In this document: positions 12,738 through 27,581 of the stretch, piece after piece | Numbering within the stretch: the stretch's first letter is position 1 | Layout of the letters: each line of letters starts with the position of its first letter | Origin: Tubiluchus corallicola | Lineage: Eukaryota > Animalia > Priapulida | Length of the DNA: 64,000 bases | Assembly (NCBI GenBank): GCA_030141605.1 | Contig: JAQGDQ010000030.1 | Location: 996,558-1,060,557 of the forward strand | Reading direction: 5' to 3' | Translations under genes and position numbers: made by a program | Notes under the pieces: model-generated | Databases searched by the model: none | What the model saw: only the letters and a program-made list of their open reading frames with translations | Told to the model about the DNA's origin: nothing

Positions 12738-15700
12738 CTGTAAAATAATAAACACTGTAATCAGTATAATGCCAGCTCAAGTCTCTATAAAACCCACAGG
12801 TCTTTAAAGCTACTAACGCATTCCTACAGCTACAGTAAGGATAAGATAAGCTAAAGGATAATTCTTACAGTCTACAGCACTTGTAGAGACTCAGATAATG
12901 TCACTACGACTTTTTTCCTGGTAAGCCTAACTACAATATTAAAATAATTATGCTAATAGTGTCAATAGCACCACTTTTAAAAATTTAACTATTATGGTAC
13001 AAATTTGCCCAGTTATGCATGCAGCACAGTCGTTTTCAAACTTCCCTAATCTATATACATTTAAAACCGGCCAGTTGTTCCGTGTTTGTTCTCACATGTT
13101 ACAATAAAACATAAAAAACCGTGAATTGATAAAAAATATACATAACTTTTGGTGTATAAATTTTTAATGTGTTTTAATACTACGAAACGTTGATTTCAAA
13201 AAATGGAATAAGAAATCCAATTTTTAAATAGAAAACTTGTTTTAATCCAGCCCCAGTTCTTTTGTCCTTTTTTAAATGTTGTTGTCAATAAGCCAAACAA
13301 TTATTCAGTCTGTTACAGTAATTATAAGTGCTAAAAAGCACTTATCATTTTACCGATTTTCACACGAAATTGGAATTAGCATTCACTCTTACACTTATTA
13401 AATAACATTCAAAACATGAGTGAAATGAACTGTGAGTAAAATTTTAGATTTAACAGAACAAAAAGCACAGTGGAAACACTAATGTCATTCTAAAAACAAA
13501 CTAGTGACTGTAAAAGACAAACACACAATGATTCAGTGTGTACTTCAGCAAAGATCAATGCAAAACTGAAACCAGATATAAGGCAGCCATGACATCCTTA
13601 AAACCAGCAAGCATAGAAGAGACAATATTCAAGCAGATTTAATAGTCTCTCTGACGCCTCGTTGGTGATATTTTGCAAAAAAGTTTTCCACCACAGCGAC
13701 CTGAATTAGATAGCGGTAGGACACAGAAATACTCCTGTTCTCGACATTATAGCGGCGTTTATTAAACTTTATTAGATTTTACAACAGTCTTTTATGGCGT
13801 CGTCTAGAAACGTTTATTGCCGCCATGTTTTAATGTGGTGAGGTTCAGTGGGCAGTTAATTTTCCCAGGAAAAACCGCAACGAAATTCAAAAGCAAAATG
13901 TGGTAACCAAATCAGCGCTGTCACATCCCACTGAAATACAAGTAAAGTTAAAATATCTGTAGCATCCACATTTTCACTCTGTTGTTCTCTAAATTCATGA
14001 CATTTTGCAACTTCCTTTTGCTAAATGTAATCAATAAAGAAAACAAGCCCAAGCTGTATGATACTGTATGCATTAAACTGGTAATTCTACTAAACCGGTA
14101 ATGGTTAATTCTACAGACATTACACTAATGTTTCTACATCCTAAACATTACCATTAAATCTATAGTACTGTAATATTAGATAATTATTTTTTAACACCAA
14201 GTAGGCTACTAACAAAATTGTCGTTATGTCTATTATGCATTTAAAGGAGATAAATAAACAATCTTAAGATAAATAAACAATCTTAATCTTCTGTGGATGA
14301 CTGTTTGCTCTTATAGTAAGTTGCAATATCATAAGCGTTTAACTTGAAGACCTTTGGTGTTCTACCATATTTATCCATATGATATCTTTGGATACCCCTG
14401 TATTTTTTAGCATTGCACGAGCTTTCATGTTTTGCAGAAATCAAATGCTGGTTAAAAACAATAACACTAATGATGTGATAAACATTTGCACGCTTGTTTC
14501 CTGATTTGCAGACATTGCTTGGTACAATGTTCACATAAAAAAACTACATTTAAATGTGAAAAAAATTAAGTTAACTAATCAAAAACGGTCAAATAATGAT
14601 AAAATAAGTTTATGTCCAATGCAAATCTTTATAGTAGTAATCAGAGATTTGAATCAAGTGCATTAATATTCAACATATGGTCTAAATGGCAGCAACAATG
14701 AATTATTGAACATTATACCCCAAAAATTCTAACAACATACTAGAAATAGCCAAATCTTTGCTGCTGCCATCAATTTTGTATAGCCCATTACAGTTTTCAT
14801 AAAACCCTGGTTCATTGAAGATTTAATATTTGCAAGTTTACTCAAGAACAGCTGCACACGTTGTATCGTTTGAAAGTGCCCATAATGCATTTCAGTGAGT
14901 AAGTTTGGCAGCAACAGCTGCATCAGGATTGCAGCAATCATAAATTCCTACAATCGGCAGTGAAAATAAACAGGAGGACAGATAATGCGCTGCCTAGCAC
15001 TTCCATGCAAGAGCAGTCGAGAGAGAGAAGCTGGAACCACTTGCTGCATTGCCCTAAAAACTGCACTACACAATCTACGGCAGCTCAAAGAGGCAGAATT
15101 GTTGCTTTTTATTAACTTAGCTACCAGTGAATGTGTGATGGTAATAACAAAATTATTCATTTTTGATGGTATATCATCACACCGAAAAAACGTTGTATTT
15201 TTTCTTTTTTATTGATTGGGGTTTTTCACTAGTTGTACCTATCCCTCTTATTAAGAAATAAATTTACAATATTAAAATTATATCGTATTGCAGAGCAGAG
15301 TGTGGATTGTGGTTAGTGTAAGAAGAATATCTAAAGTTGTCTGCAAATATATCACTGATGAATGATGATATTTTTTCATGCTCTTTGATAATACTTAATT
15401 GTAAATCTGATTTAACATGTGAATAGCATTAGTACAGTACATGTATTATGGGTGTTAGCATAATTCCATGGGATTACATTTTCCAACAGCTCTGGGAGGC
15501 GCACAGGCACAAGGCCTATCCCCAGCAGCATACCAAACCTTGGTTAGGAAATTGTGAACATTGGCATTAGTAAGCTATATTCTGTATCCATATGTTTCGG
15601 CTTGGAATGATGGCACGGTTTTTTGTAAAAAGAGCAGAGGTGACATTGCAAGAAACGACTCATATGTGCGCAAGCGATAAAATGATTTCTTGCAGCTTAC

Positions 15701-16000
15701 TAGGACCACGTGCTAGTAGTTGCTGACAAGGGGTAGACTATAGTAAATCCGGATGAGTGATGGGCAAGAATAGTGAATTAAAAATAAGTGACATAGCTGA
15801 AGAACTCCCAAAAATCATCTTAAGCCTTAAGATATTATTTGACTGGTAGTAAAGATTTATTTAATTTCACTTTTCAGCTGCAGCATTGTGTCGATGTTTT
15901 AGAAATATGGGTTATAGCCAAACAAAGATTAATGTAGCTATACGAGCCACCTTGTTATTATCAACAAAACACTACAGTTATTAAGAACAAAAAACTCCAC

Positions 16001-16158
16001 AAGACATTCGAGAATATTTTTCTGCAAGTTAGCTAAAAAACAATCAAGTCAACACATCATAGCACTAACTTTAACTAATAATGTTCATTCCAAACAGCTT
16101 GTTAGTCTCTAGTCCTATATTAGTAAAGAATATTCTGTATTCAATAATTCTGAATGTT
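16001..16158. repeat. Dispersed repeat, copy 1 (copy 2 at about 20235-20377)
   Basis: Both places share aagacattcgagaatatttt...tgcaagttagcta...tcaagtcaacacatcat...agtccta[t/c]attagt...tgaatgtt. Confidence 0.85.
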
Positions 16159-19100
16159 ATATTAACGTCAAAATCCACAAGACAGCGGCTATTTATAAAA
16201 CTTGAACTCGATACACGGTAAGAACACCAAACAAGTAAAATTAATAGTTTATAGACATATAAATAAAAATTAAATAACGAAGTAAGGAACAAAGGAAATA
16301 AAAAAATGACATAAGACTTCTAAGAACTAGGATCTATCCTAGGGAACATTGCCACTCTTGCCAATAAATTTGACAATTTGAAAATGATTTTCGCAAGTAA
16401 CCAACGTGGTATGCACATGTTAGCATGCGCCTGAAAAAGCATTAGACTCGATTAAGGCATCCATTAAGATAAATGGAGAGATTTTTTACTAGCTGGCTCC
16501 ACTCATAAAGTGAGAGGATAAGTGGATGCAGGCGCTACAGTTAATGAGTATTCGAATTATGAAGCGCTCAAAACATACATGAAACCAGCTATGAAGGCAA
16601 AGTAAAATTCTTTATAAATGTTGTGAAGCTTTGAGGGCTAATGTCCTCAGTGATGATTGACAGGAATGCACAGGTTTGGTAATGTTGCAAAAACACAAGT
16701 TCTGTGCACAATAGTATATTCGCACAACTTAAGTGGAATTTGATCTGTGCACAATAGTATGTTTGTACTTCCTAACCTGCACTTCTCGTTGCTGCATGAT
16801 TCCATTCTAGTTTATCTTATTTCTTTACATGTTATTCTTTTGCGTGACCTGTATGCATACCTCAGGTAAAGCATCCATCGGGATCTTACAGCTCAGTGGA
16901 ATGCCGACTTTGACATACCTAATAGGTGGCATGTTATCCATAGAATCACTCATTAGTCTTCATTTTTTATTCGTCTATTGTATGTTATGTTTTGAGTTTG
17001 CGCTTACCATTTTGTTCCGTTTTGTACACGTATACACACACTTCAATCAGGTGGTACCGTGGCACAGAAGAATGGACGGAAATTTAGACTACAATAATAT
17101 TAGGAGCAAGCGCCCTGCAAAGTAGAAATTTCATGATCTGGTATTATTGCAGTGCACTGGTTTTAAGCTGTGAATATCATCAAGTTTGTAGCCTCTTAGT
17201 AATTCTTATGTTGTGGTTGAACAACTTTTCTATGTTGAAAAATTAAATGCTGGGACAATCAACAATCGAAAAACCGTCAGACGTATAATTATCAATACAT
17301 ACCAGCAAAATAATAAAGAAGTCAACTAGCTTACATCACGGTTTAATCACAGAAGATAAAGCACTTAGAAAGATTTGCTGTCAAGAAAAAATATGACATA
17401 ATCCACTGGACTACGGCATACGCAGTTCCATTCTAGAGAAGACAGCGGCGCAGAGCTGTTTGACACAGAGGAACTAACGACAAAAGTTGTTGAGTGGTAG
17501 GACCAAATACTTAGGGAACTGAAAAAACTGTATCAGCTGTTGGAAGAAGTGCCATTGTCTAGTTTTGCAGTGAAAATGGCAGACACATTAGAGCAGTTTG
17601 TGTAATAGCGAATTGCGATTTTTTTGCCAGCATTTATGTTTTGACTTACTGGTTTAAACTTCTGCATTTTTGGAAAAAAATATAACGAAATGACCTAAGT
17701 ATTTTGGAGTTTATACATAAGCATATGCAACAACATCTAATGCATATGCGTGGTAAATTTGGTAGATTTCAAGTGATTCAATTATTTTTTCTTATAATAT
17801 TTTAATAAAAACTTCGGCATATTTTTTGCACCACATGATATACGAATTCGTGAACTTTCTGGGGCATTTTGCAATAACTTCAATTGTGAGTATGCGTACG
17901 TCCTGGGTCTTCAGGAGCAATAAAAATTATTTCTACAATTTCTGCTGCATACTCTTCATGTGCACAAGTACGTTTGTTGTCTTTTTTATCTTTCGTTTCT
18001 TGTATTACGCTCCGAAAGACTTCGATCTTATAAGTTTATCTGCCATAATTATATAAATGCTAACGCAAGAAAATTCTTTTATTTAATGAATGCGTCAGTA
18101 AAGCCTGCATACTCTTAGGAAGCCAGATAAAGCAAAAGTGTTTTGCTGAGGGAAGGCAGCTTCCCGTTAGCGTCGATGAATCGCATATTTTGACCAAACA
18201 TAACGCAAGCAGTTCCTTTCATTAAATTAAAAGTAGTGTTTTGCACTTTAGTAATAGTACATACACTAAATGCTTATGTTACATTACTTATGCTAAAGCT
18301 AAACTAAAAATTAAAGAATCGCTTACAGAATTTGGCGTTCTAGGCAAATGCATGGCTAGTTTACCTAGTTGTAGAGTCGGCCTTGTACATGGGAACTTTT
18401 GCTTTAAACGGGGTTCATTTTTTTTACCCACAGCTGAAGTTTAACACACAGCGGGAACCACATCTTACTTGTATCAAAGACATTCTGCAACACGTCCGCA
18501 CGCATCTGTTCCCTTATTTTGATTCCAGCCCTGAGTTGACTTTTTACACAACTTATTTTTAACCCTCAAAGACCAGAGAATGATCGAAAATCACTATCAC
18601 TGTCGCAGATGTTTAGCCATAAATTTCTTTTTTACGCTGGACTTAATAAAATTGGTTTCAATCAGTACTTTTATTAACTGCTTACACAAATCTGCGAAGC
18701 AAGGTAAATTTTGAAGCAATTGTTCATAAGAAGGATCACAAATGATGCTTTTTTTACAATCAAAGGGTTTGGAAACCTTCACAGAGAACACAAGTTTGAG
18801 AAAAATCAACGTCTCCCAAAAGTTTTCCCCGCAACATAAACAAAAATATGCACCTTGTCTCAAAGTAAAGCAAATGGCTGTTTTGATTTGAATGTAGCTT
18901 ATTTTGTTCGGCTATGCCAGCATAACATGTAGCAAGCCACATTCGTAAGATTTAACGAAAACTACAAGACCCGGCTAGCTACGAAATCCAGACGTTGCCT
19001 ACTGGTGCTGCCTGATTGGGCTAATATCGCGGAGTTCCGACATGCAGGCGTAAGAAAAATATTTTTCTTTCAAGTTTTAACCGGTCACAGAAATTTTACT

Positions 19101-19526
19101 CACCACACGACATAAAACACGAAGCAAAATAAGTTAAAGTGAAATAACTGTTGCCCAGAGAAGCTTAAGTAATCTCGTTCTCATTGGGTATTAAATCCGT
19201 AGAATCTAAGTAACCAAACTTACAACCTAGGCTTATTATGCATACATGCTGCAAACGGTACTGCAAAAATCAAACTGAAAATTTAGATTAAACAAACGTA
19301 TTTACTGATACACCTAATTTAAATGTTACTAAAAATTTATTGAAGTAAACGATGTGACATTAGAACAGATTTCTACAGAAGAGCAGCACTGGAGATAAAA
19401 GCACCATTCTACTAATATTTATGTAAACTTGATTACTACATTACTGATTGTGTAGCAGATATTAAGGGTAAGCAATGTCATCTGAATGAGCACTTAATCA
19501 ACTTTAGCAGATTTCCATTGGAAGAC

Positions 19527-19720
19527 AACTCTAGGGACAAAAGAGATGAATATATACTTATTTAAAAGTATGTTTAAAGGTTTTTGCTACACTTACAAGT
19601 TCTCATAGGTGTATAACACACTGTAGGAGAACTTTAGGGCCAAAAAAGATGAATACATACTTACTTAAAAGTATGTTTAAAGGTTTTTCTTACAAGTACA
19701 AGTTCTTATAGATACATAAA
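19527..19720. repeat. Diverged tandem duplication, unit about 103 bp
   Basis: taggg..caaaa..agatgaata.atactta.ttaaaagtatgtttaaaggttttt...tacaagttct.atag occurs twice. Confidence 0.9.
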
Positions 19721-20234
19721 GACTTTGTTCTGAGAGCCTGAATGGACTAAAAACGAAGAATTCAAGGTTGTCTGAATGAGCTGTGTCCAGACTGGAGACT
19801 GAGGGGGCTTTGTGAAGTCTTAAGACACTTCACGAATGTTGCTGCAGCACGGCAGTTGTTTTCTTTAGAGGAAAAGATTGTTTTCTTAGCAGCAATCCTA
19901 TGTTTTGCTTTCGTCCCATCACATTGTTTACCGCGGTCTTAATTAGTTATGTAAACAAACAAGTGGGAAAGCCAGCAGAAAGCTGCCAGAGCCAGCAACT
20001 AAGCTCCCAGGATGCCTGACTTTGAAAAATCCATTGCTTTATCAATTTTGGCTACCTTATAGGATAACCCAAATTCACTTTCACTTCGCATATCTATTGT
20101 AACGAGTACAAAACGGTTAATTACAGGCTTTCCATGTTAATCAATGCAAGCAACTATGTAGGCCGACATATCCACATCAGTTAATTTCTATTAAACTATC
20201 AGCTAATCCTGTAAAGCTAACAGCTTTGCATTTG

Positions 20235-20377
20235 AAGACATTCGAGAATATTTTCTTGCAAGTTAGCTAGAAAGTCAAGTCAACACATCATGGTACTAAC
20301 TTCAACCAAAAAACGTTTTGCCAGTCTCCAGTCCTACATTAGTGAAGAGTATTCCATACCCAACAATCTTGAATGTT
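20235..20377. repeat. Dispersed repeat, copy 2 of 16001-16158
   Basis: Direct sequence similarity in the same orientation. Confidence 0.85.
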
Positions 20378-23300
20378 GTGTTTAGAATCTTTAATTTGCA
20401 AGCGAATTAAGTTCATACAACCCGAAAAAAGTTCAAAAGTATTACTCCCTAAGAAGCTTAACCAGGTTTGAAAGCTGACACCACAAAACTGTGGTGTCAT
20501 CCATCTTAATTCAGCGCAATCCTTAAAAAACAAGTTGCAGAATTACTTTGAACCTAGGATATAACTCACCATCTGTAAGTTTCATTAAATTTCTACATAT
20601 AACAAAAGACTAAAGAAAAGAACTCTTTTGTCTGTATATCTTTAATCTATTTGCCTACAGCTTAGAAAGATCCACACTGCATTAGAGATCTTGCAGAAAA
20701 GTAGAGAAAATCATTTAAAGATGGTGCTCTGGCTACCTCCTTTCGCCAAAAAATGTTACCTGTTCTTGTGTCGCATGTGTTTGTGTCTTTCAGATGTAGT
20801 CTATTGTACCAATATAGTTTGCTATTGCAATTTTGTAAGTTAAAATTTTCTCCACAGTCTTTTTTGTCTTGTTTCAATAATTTTCTGAAAGTCTAATTAC
20901 ATGCCTTAGCTACTGACTAGTCGCTCTCCAGGCTTTGATATGCCCATGTTTTTGACAGTTTTGATTCATGTTGTTGTCCATGATTTTTGTTGGTTTATTG
21001 GTACAAATATTTATTAGACATGTTGTTTGGGCAGTTGATGCCAAACACATCAGATTTCTAGACCATCGATGCTGAAACAGAGATTACTAAATATACACAG
21101 AGAAGCACTGTGTTTTTTCACTGTATTTAGTAGTCTCTGGCAGGAACATGCTTACTGCTACTTCTTACTGTTATGTAAGACGGTCCCTTACCCACAGGTC
21201 AGGTTTGAATACAAGTTAATATTTTTAATTTTACTTTCAGGGAGATCATTTTGTTGTTGAATGCCTATGCAAAGTTAACTTGAATAGTATGAATACACGC
21301 TATTTTATCATGACGATGAGGGTCCGTATCAGATTTGTTTATCAGAAAGAATATGAATGCAGCTGCGACACTTACTAATCAAAGATTAACAGACTTGAAA
21401 TATGACAATAACAATAAACAGAAATAAGATGATAAAATTTTTACTAAGAGATATATGCAAACATTAATAAAAGTGAACAATATCCTCCAGCTAGAAATAA
21501 AATTAAAGAATATCTGAAAACCGATGGCAATTCAGTACCTAAAATTTAGCCAGATGCTTATTATCTGTACAGAGTTTAATACCAACGTTTGCTGATTACA
21601 TAAACACTTTCAGTGATGGTAACTGGAGATGCATGTACCAGTTTTTTGATCACTGACCTATCAATGGTGCAGTAAAACATGAGTTGTGTCACAGACACAG
21701 ACACCTATGACAATAAGACTATTGCAATTTTGCTTGAAGAATTAGGTTGCATGGTTTTCCGTTTTGCTGCCAGTCTACCAACATTTCTGGTGCTTATGTG
21801 CTTGTAACATAAATGCAGTGAAGTTGCCTAAAGAGTTAAACTGATCCCATTTCTGCTCTCCGAACTTGTTACCAATGAGTTATGGTTTTCGCGAAAAGCT
21901 CCTCCACACACAAAGTTAGCCCTTCTAACTCCACCTACTCGTATCGGATTCCACAGGCGCCGGGACGGATTAGATATCCCGCTCAACACAGTGGGAAGAA
22001 GCAAAAAAACATGAGTCCTGTCTACAGGGACTGGGATTCTTTGATCCATGACACACTTGTAAGCATATTTTGTATAGAGTTGTTCAAAATATTTTGAAAT
22101 CCACTAGTCTTCTCTATTAGCTTTATCTCAGAGCAAAATTAAAAACAGAAATCTACAGAAATCATACCAGACAAGGATATTTTCAATTTTAAATATAGTA
22201 AGAAGCAGTAACAAAATTAGGATAAATTTTACAATTTTGCCAAAACAGCATCATTTTCCTTGCACTGTTCTTCAAATCCTCAGACCAAATCAATTATAAA
22301 GCAAGTAAGCACAATACAGAAAGGGAAACACCGTCTTACACTCATTCTTCCCATTCAAGTGAAAAGATCTTGCTAAGGTTAAGTTTGCATTTTTCTGCGT
22401 TTCTTGAGGTGGACAAACGACTGAATTTACAATGTTTATTTGGGTTAAGAGGAAGACTGTCTGACAAGTAAACTGCTGTCACTTTACCTGTCGAAAGCAC
22501 CTTCTGATTTAAATAGCACCTAATAAGCAAAGGTTTCCACCTGAAACACTGGAAATGTTCTAGACTTTCGATAACATGAACACCTATGGCACTTTGCATA
22601 CCTATACCTATATACCTATGCACTCCCACTTTCCTGGTATCACTTACAAACATTTTTTGGCAAATTGATACCAATGCAAGAAAAAGAAAACAACTTTTGT
22701 AGGAAAACCAACAAAACAATTTATTTTGCAGCAGCAGACCAGCAGTAGAAAAACCACGATCAAGGTGACTCTAGAGAAACACGAAACCTGTTAAAGCCTC
22801 GGGCAGATTCGAGATAAATGACCTCAGGACAACCTTTAAATCAGAAACCAAATCTCTGTAATCTTCAAGGAAACACCTTCAATAAAAATCTAAAACACTG
22901 TCTTACAAGTGCAGCTAGAATTTTAACATCTTCACAGATACAGATTACCTCATAACCTAATTTCTAGAAGACTCCTCGGGCAAGACGCTGAACAAATTTT
23001 CATAAGCATCCGATGGGATTATTAACATGGCTTAGCAGTAAGTTGGGTTTTCAGTTAAAAATAAGGGCAATGTAAGAAGTTGCAGATGTAAATTATTGCA
23101 AAGTGGTGCCACAGTCTGCATGAAAATCCACAAAGGATTATTCAGACAAAAATAGAATTTTATGCAGCCATTTGTAAGCTTCAATGAAAGTGAAGTGAAA
23201 TTTTCATGGAACTTCCAAAGCTGGCTTCATATGAAATAAATATGGGCAGAAATACTAAACTATACATGTATAAAAAAATTAATGACAAAATTTAAACAGC

Positions 23301-23799
23301 TTCTGAAAGTTCATTAATAATTTCAGTAAGTTGCAAACCAAATGATATAAAAAGTGTTAGAAATAATACTTTATGCATAATACAATGACATCTTCTCAAA
23401 AGAAAGAAAAAACATTGTAAATTGTGCAATCTTGCTGTGAATAGACCCCACTCATGTAAAACTGGTGCTAAGTCGCCATGGTACAGTCACGGCACTAGGC
23501 CTTCCAGTGGGCTTATATCTTTTTGCAAACCACAACAATACATAATAGACTTGTCAGTGCAACAAGAATTCCCTCTCATAGCAAACTGCTATTAGTAAAC
23601 ACTTCAACATCTTTTCTGCAAAACCAGGGAAACCAAAGGGCACTAAAAATATCTACTATAAGGTTTATGCATTAGCTTTCATTTTAAAAACTGGTCGTTA
23701 ACCCTAGATCACACTGCAACATCAGGGCAGGAAAAATCTCAACTTATAGAAATCTTCAAAGTTCCTTTGTTTTCAAAGCTGGTTTATTGCCAAAAGAAG

Positions 23800-24240
23800 A
23801 TTTAAGATTTTAAAATGCAAAACAGGTGGCACTTAGGCAGGAGGCACCACTTGTCACATGTGTATTAACAGCAGTAAAACAATGGCAGACACAAACAACA
23901 CAACTGTTGATAATTAGTCTCAAACAAACATGCTCAATATGCCAGCAATAAACTACATCTCGCAACACTTTGCCCTCCCATCGGGACCATCCTACTCCAT
24001 TTTCATAACTTTTCAATTTACCACCCGCTCAGCTTTGCGATGTTTATTACTACGAGTTCGCCATGAATCAATCGTGAATGAGAAACGTTCATTTCCAGAT
24101 GCTGCTCTTCATCCTCGCCATGTTTTGGCTATGCAGAGAGGTTTGTTTGCCGTCAATAGACTTGCTGCACTTTGCAACATGCTGAGTTCATTAAGTTCTG
24201 CACTAAATGCTACAATTTTTGGCACTACTAGGACACCGTG
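23800..24240 (-). mobile_element. Possible decayed non-LTR retrotransposon fragment
   Basis: Minus-strand KVMKME*DGPDG resembles the MK.GKA.GPDG motif that precedes LINE RT domains. Single motif only. Confidence 0.4.
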
Positions 24241-24866
24241 AATTTTTTGCCTAGGTTCAGCATTAATAAGCAGCCGAGATTTGTAATTGGAGTATTAAGC
24301 AAAACCAAAGCAAAAAATTGCAGCAGATCAGAAATGTAGTTCATAGATTCAAAGATGCATTTTTAGGTCTAAGGATTCCTGCAGATAAACAGGCTTCAAT
24401 TCCTGCAGATAGACAGGCTTCAAGTAAAATAACTAGAAAAGATTGAAGTGAATACCCTTTCCTAGTTATCCTCAAAATGTAGAATCTCCAGAATTTTTTC
24501 AGAACTTATTTTCATATGGTACAGATTAAACAACTTTTTCTTTAATCTATAGGTTGGTCAACTCCTTTCAAAAATTTCTTGGTGACATGCTCTGCAAAAC
24601 ACAAACTATGTCACCTCTCAGTCAGCCTGCCATCTTGTCCTTGCTTTGGGTCATAGTTAAAACTTTAAATCCACAAACACTAGTAAACAGCCACGAAGGT
24701 ACAAAGATGGCAATGTACCCGGAACCATAGAAACTTAATCAGTTCCACAAAATATTTGTCACATTGGTAACCTGACTCTATAAAGAAACAGTTATTCAGC
24801 AAATGCGTCACAGTGTCATTAAAAATTTATCACTCACTCAGACAGAAAAAGTGAAAATGCACTTAC

Positions 24867-25018
24867 CTTTCCGTATCGTTGAGCGTGGGTTCCGGTGAGT
24901 AAAGAGTGAAAGATGATGATGGTTTCATCGAGGTCCCATATAAATACCCTCTCAAGATCATTCTCTGGTCCAGGTGATGGATTGTTCTGCCGCCGACCCC
25001 GGCCTCCTCGACTTCGAG
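24867..25018 (-). CDS. eya: Eyes absent exon (152 nt), start of the Eya domain with catalytic DxDxT motif
   Basis: TTTTCCTAG acceptor, AAG|GTAAGT donor; [51 protein letters not shown]. Confidence 0.98.
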
Positions 25019-25176
25019 CTAGGAAAACAGTAATCTTGATTAGCCTATTTGCTAACATTATAGTTCTACTTGCAATTTGAAAAATTGTGATGAAGTGCAA
25101 GGACAAAACTGCAACCTTGGTAATAGTTCTAAGGAAGATATTTAAGTTTAAGAAACAAAGAATTTTATTAGCATAC

Positions 25177-25248
25177 CTCGGCCAGTTCCATTGGTTGACT
25201 CACACTTTAGTGGTGGTGATGGACTTTCTGTTATTGCAGAATTGAAAC
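25177..25248 (-). CDS. eya: Eyes absent exon (72 nt)
   Basis: TTTTTAAG acceptor, GAG|GTATG donor; phase 1 to 1; [24 protein letters not shown]. Confidence 0.9.
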
Positions 25249-27581
25249 CTTAAAAAGACAGGTATATTTTTATACTATTAAATTTTCAACAATTGTAAAA
25301 AACAGCCTTTGCTTTCTGAATGAAGTATATATGTACATTTTTCTAACACTATACACTGAATTTAGTAATGTATGCTGTAAGACTAAAAAACTTTGTGATA
25401 CTTTTCGCAGAAGTTTAACCCTTGCTTAATGCATATGCTAATGTTATTTCTTTTTTTAAATAGACTTATTGGACTTTACTTGGATATAGGCTTTTATAAG
25501 ACCATGTACAAGGAAAGAAGAAAATTTACTCAATTCTAAATGACAATCTGCCAGAGCAAGACTTGTTGGGATAAAGAGCCAACATTGTAATCGTCCAAAA
25601 AATTATGCCACAAATCACTAATCCAAGTATTAGTGAATATTATGTAATGAACTAAATTGGTGTACTCCAAAATAGAAATTTTAAGCTTATTTAATTTGTT
25701 TCCACATTTCTCTGCAATGTTTACACAAACCGCCTATTTCTCGTCGCCCTATCAAGAGACGCATCTCAACCCGCACTTTTTCTCCTCCTTCAGTGGTTAT
25801 TTTGCTTCTACCCGGCGCCTCTTTCTGCTGATTATACAAGGGGTTCTGATCAGGGAAGAGCGACGTTGCAAAGGCGCTCTGTTTATTTGTGACTAGGATC
25901 GGAACCACTTGCCGTAATTTCAGCGCCAGAGACCCAGACCTAGCTTCATGCAGCTAATACTGACAAATTCCAAACGTCTGGACCTTGTTTGAGTCAGTTA
26001 AACCAGTCATGTAAGACATTAGTGAGAAACTGGACAAGACCGAATGATTGATGGTCATACATAAAAATTGTTAGACCAGCTCTGCACGCCCAGAAATTGT
26101 CGTCAAAAAACTTTGTTCTTATTCATGAAAAAGGGTTTTCCAGAAAAGGCGGCTGCTGTATGTGTAAGCAAATATCATTGAATATAATGCCATACACATG
26201 TAATCAACAATACTAAGGTTAATATAGAAAACACTATAAAATGAGTTAGTGGTTGAACTTCCACTTTTATTCGAACTTTTGGCATGTAATCCAATAGACA
26301 ATAGGAGAAATCTTTCCCTTAATGCTTACGTTTGGTTTACAGAGACAACGTGCATTACTTTAGCAGGACAGCACAAAGTAGTTTTTTCAATTTAGTCTCG
26401 AAAGCCTTTTTTCCACCTGTTGACCTTTAAACTTGTAAATGTAAGTCATAAGTTGTTACATACCTTACATATAAAAAATCAAACAATTTACATATTTTTA
26501 ACACAAGCACGTTTTTGTGCTAACTTAGACATATTTTGTTGTTTATTTGCTGCTTGTTTTTTTGTTCCTACCCCACTTTCAGAGATCAGAAACATGTTCC
26601 GCTAAACCTAAAACATGCTGGGCACGAAAGCTGTATCTAGCCTAACACATTTCCACTTATCGGCAGCTGCCTAATGATGTATTTATGTTTATTTCTATTT
26701 GGCATTCATCCGTTTACTGAACAGACCGAGGCATCTTAAGAACCCATATGGCAAAGTCTGCATAATTGCAGAAAAGATAGATGAGCACACTACAAATAAT
26801 AACTATCTTACATATGTACACAATTTTATATATGAAATTATTAATGCAATCAGTGAAAACCAACAATGACGATACTTAAAAATTGGTTAGAAGGTCAAAT
26901 TTTTGATGTGTTGTGTAAAATAACACCATAAGCACCATCAGTTTACTTTAATGTTGATAATTAGTTAAAAGTAGATGATATGACACAAAACAAAAAACAT
27001 GACATCCAGGGCTGAATTATCCTATAGGCTAGTATAGGCTGCAGCCTAGAGCCTCTCAAGCTGGGCAGCCCTCAAGCTTTGGTAAGATTTGGTAAAAAAA
27101 TCTATTTTTTCACTATGGGTTTTTGGTATTTCTTAAAGAATATTTTTACTGACAAACAAAAGATGAGTATTCAAAGCTTATTTAAAGAATTTGAAAATAA
27201 GTTTACTTCAATCTACATAAATGTCACTAAAATATATCACAAGGAAAAAAATTCAAAATGGGTCCGACCGAGTTAGTGGGTAGCTCCGCTTGAGATTACT
27301 AGTAATTTCATTAGCCTAGGGGCTAATTTCATTAGCCCAAAAGATCATAATCTGGCAGTCATGGCACAATATTGACATAAGCAATCTTGTTGTTTCGGCC
27401 GCATCAATGTTTCCCCAGAATCGGTGTGGGATTAGGTGTGTTGATGTTGCACTAAATACTTCATTCTGTATCAGTTCTTTTCATTTTTTTCATGTTGAAA
27501 AATAGGAGATTTAAAAAGGTATACCTTAAATGCAAAGACATCTGCAGATATGCAAAATTATTACCGAAAAATGTACTATAC

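Noticed and set aside
20660-23200. ORFs 20662-20877 and 22342-22719 as a nested gene
   Set aside because: No coherent splice structure; faint L1/Tx1-like words suggest TE debris, but too weak to call.
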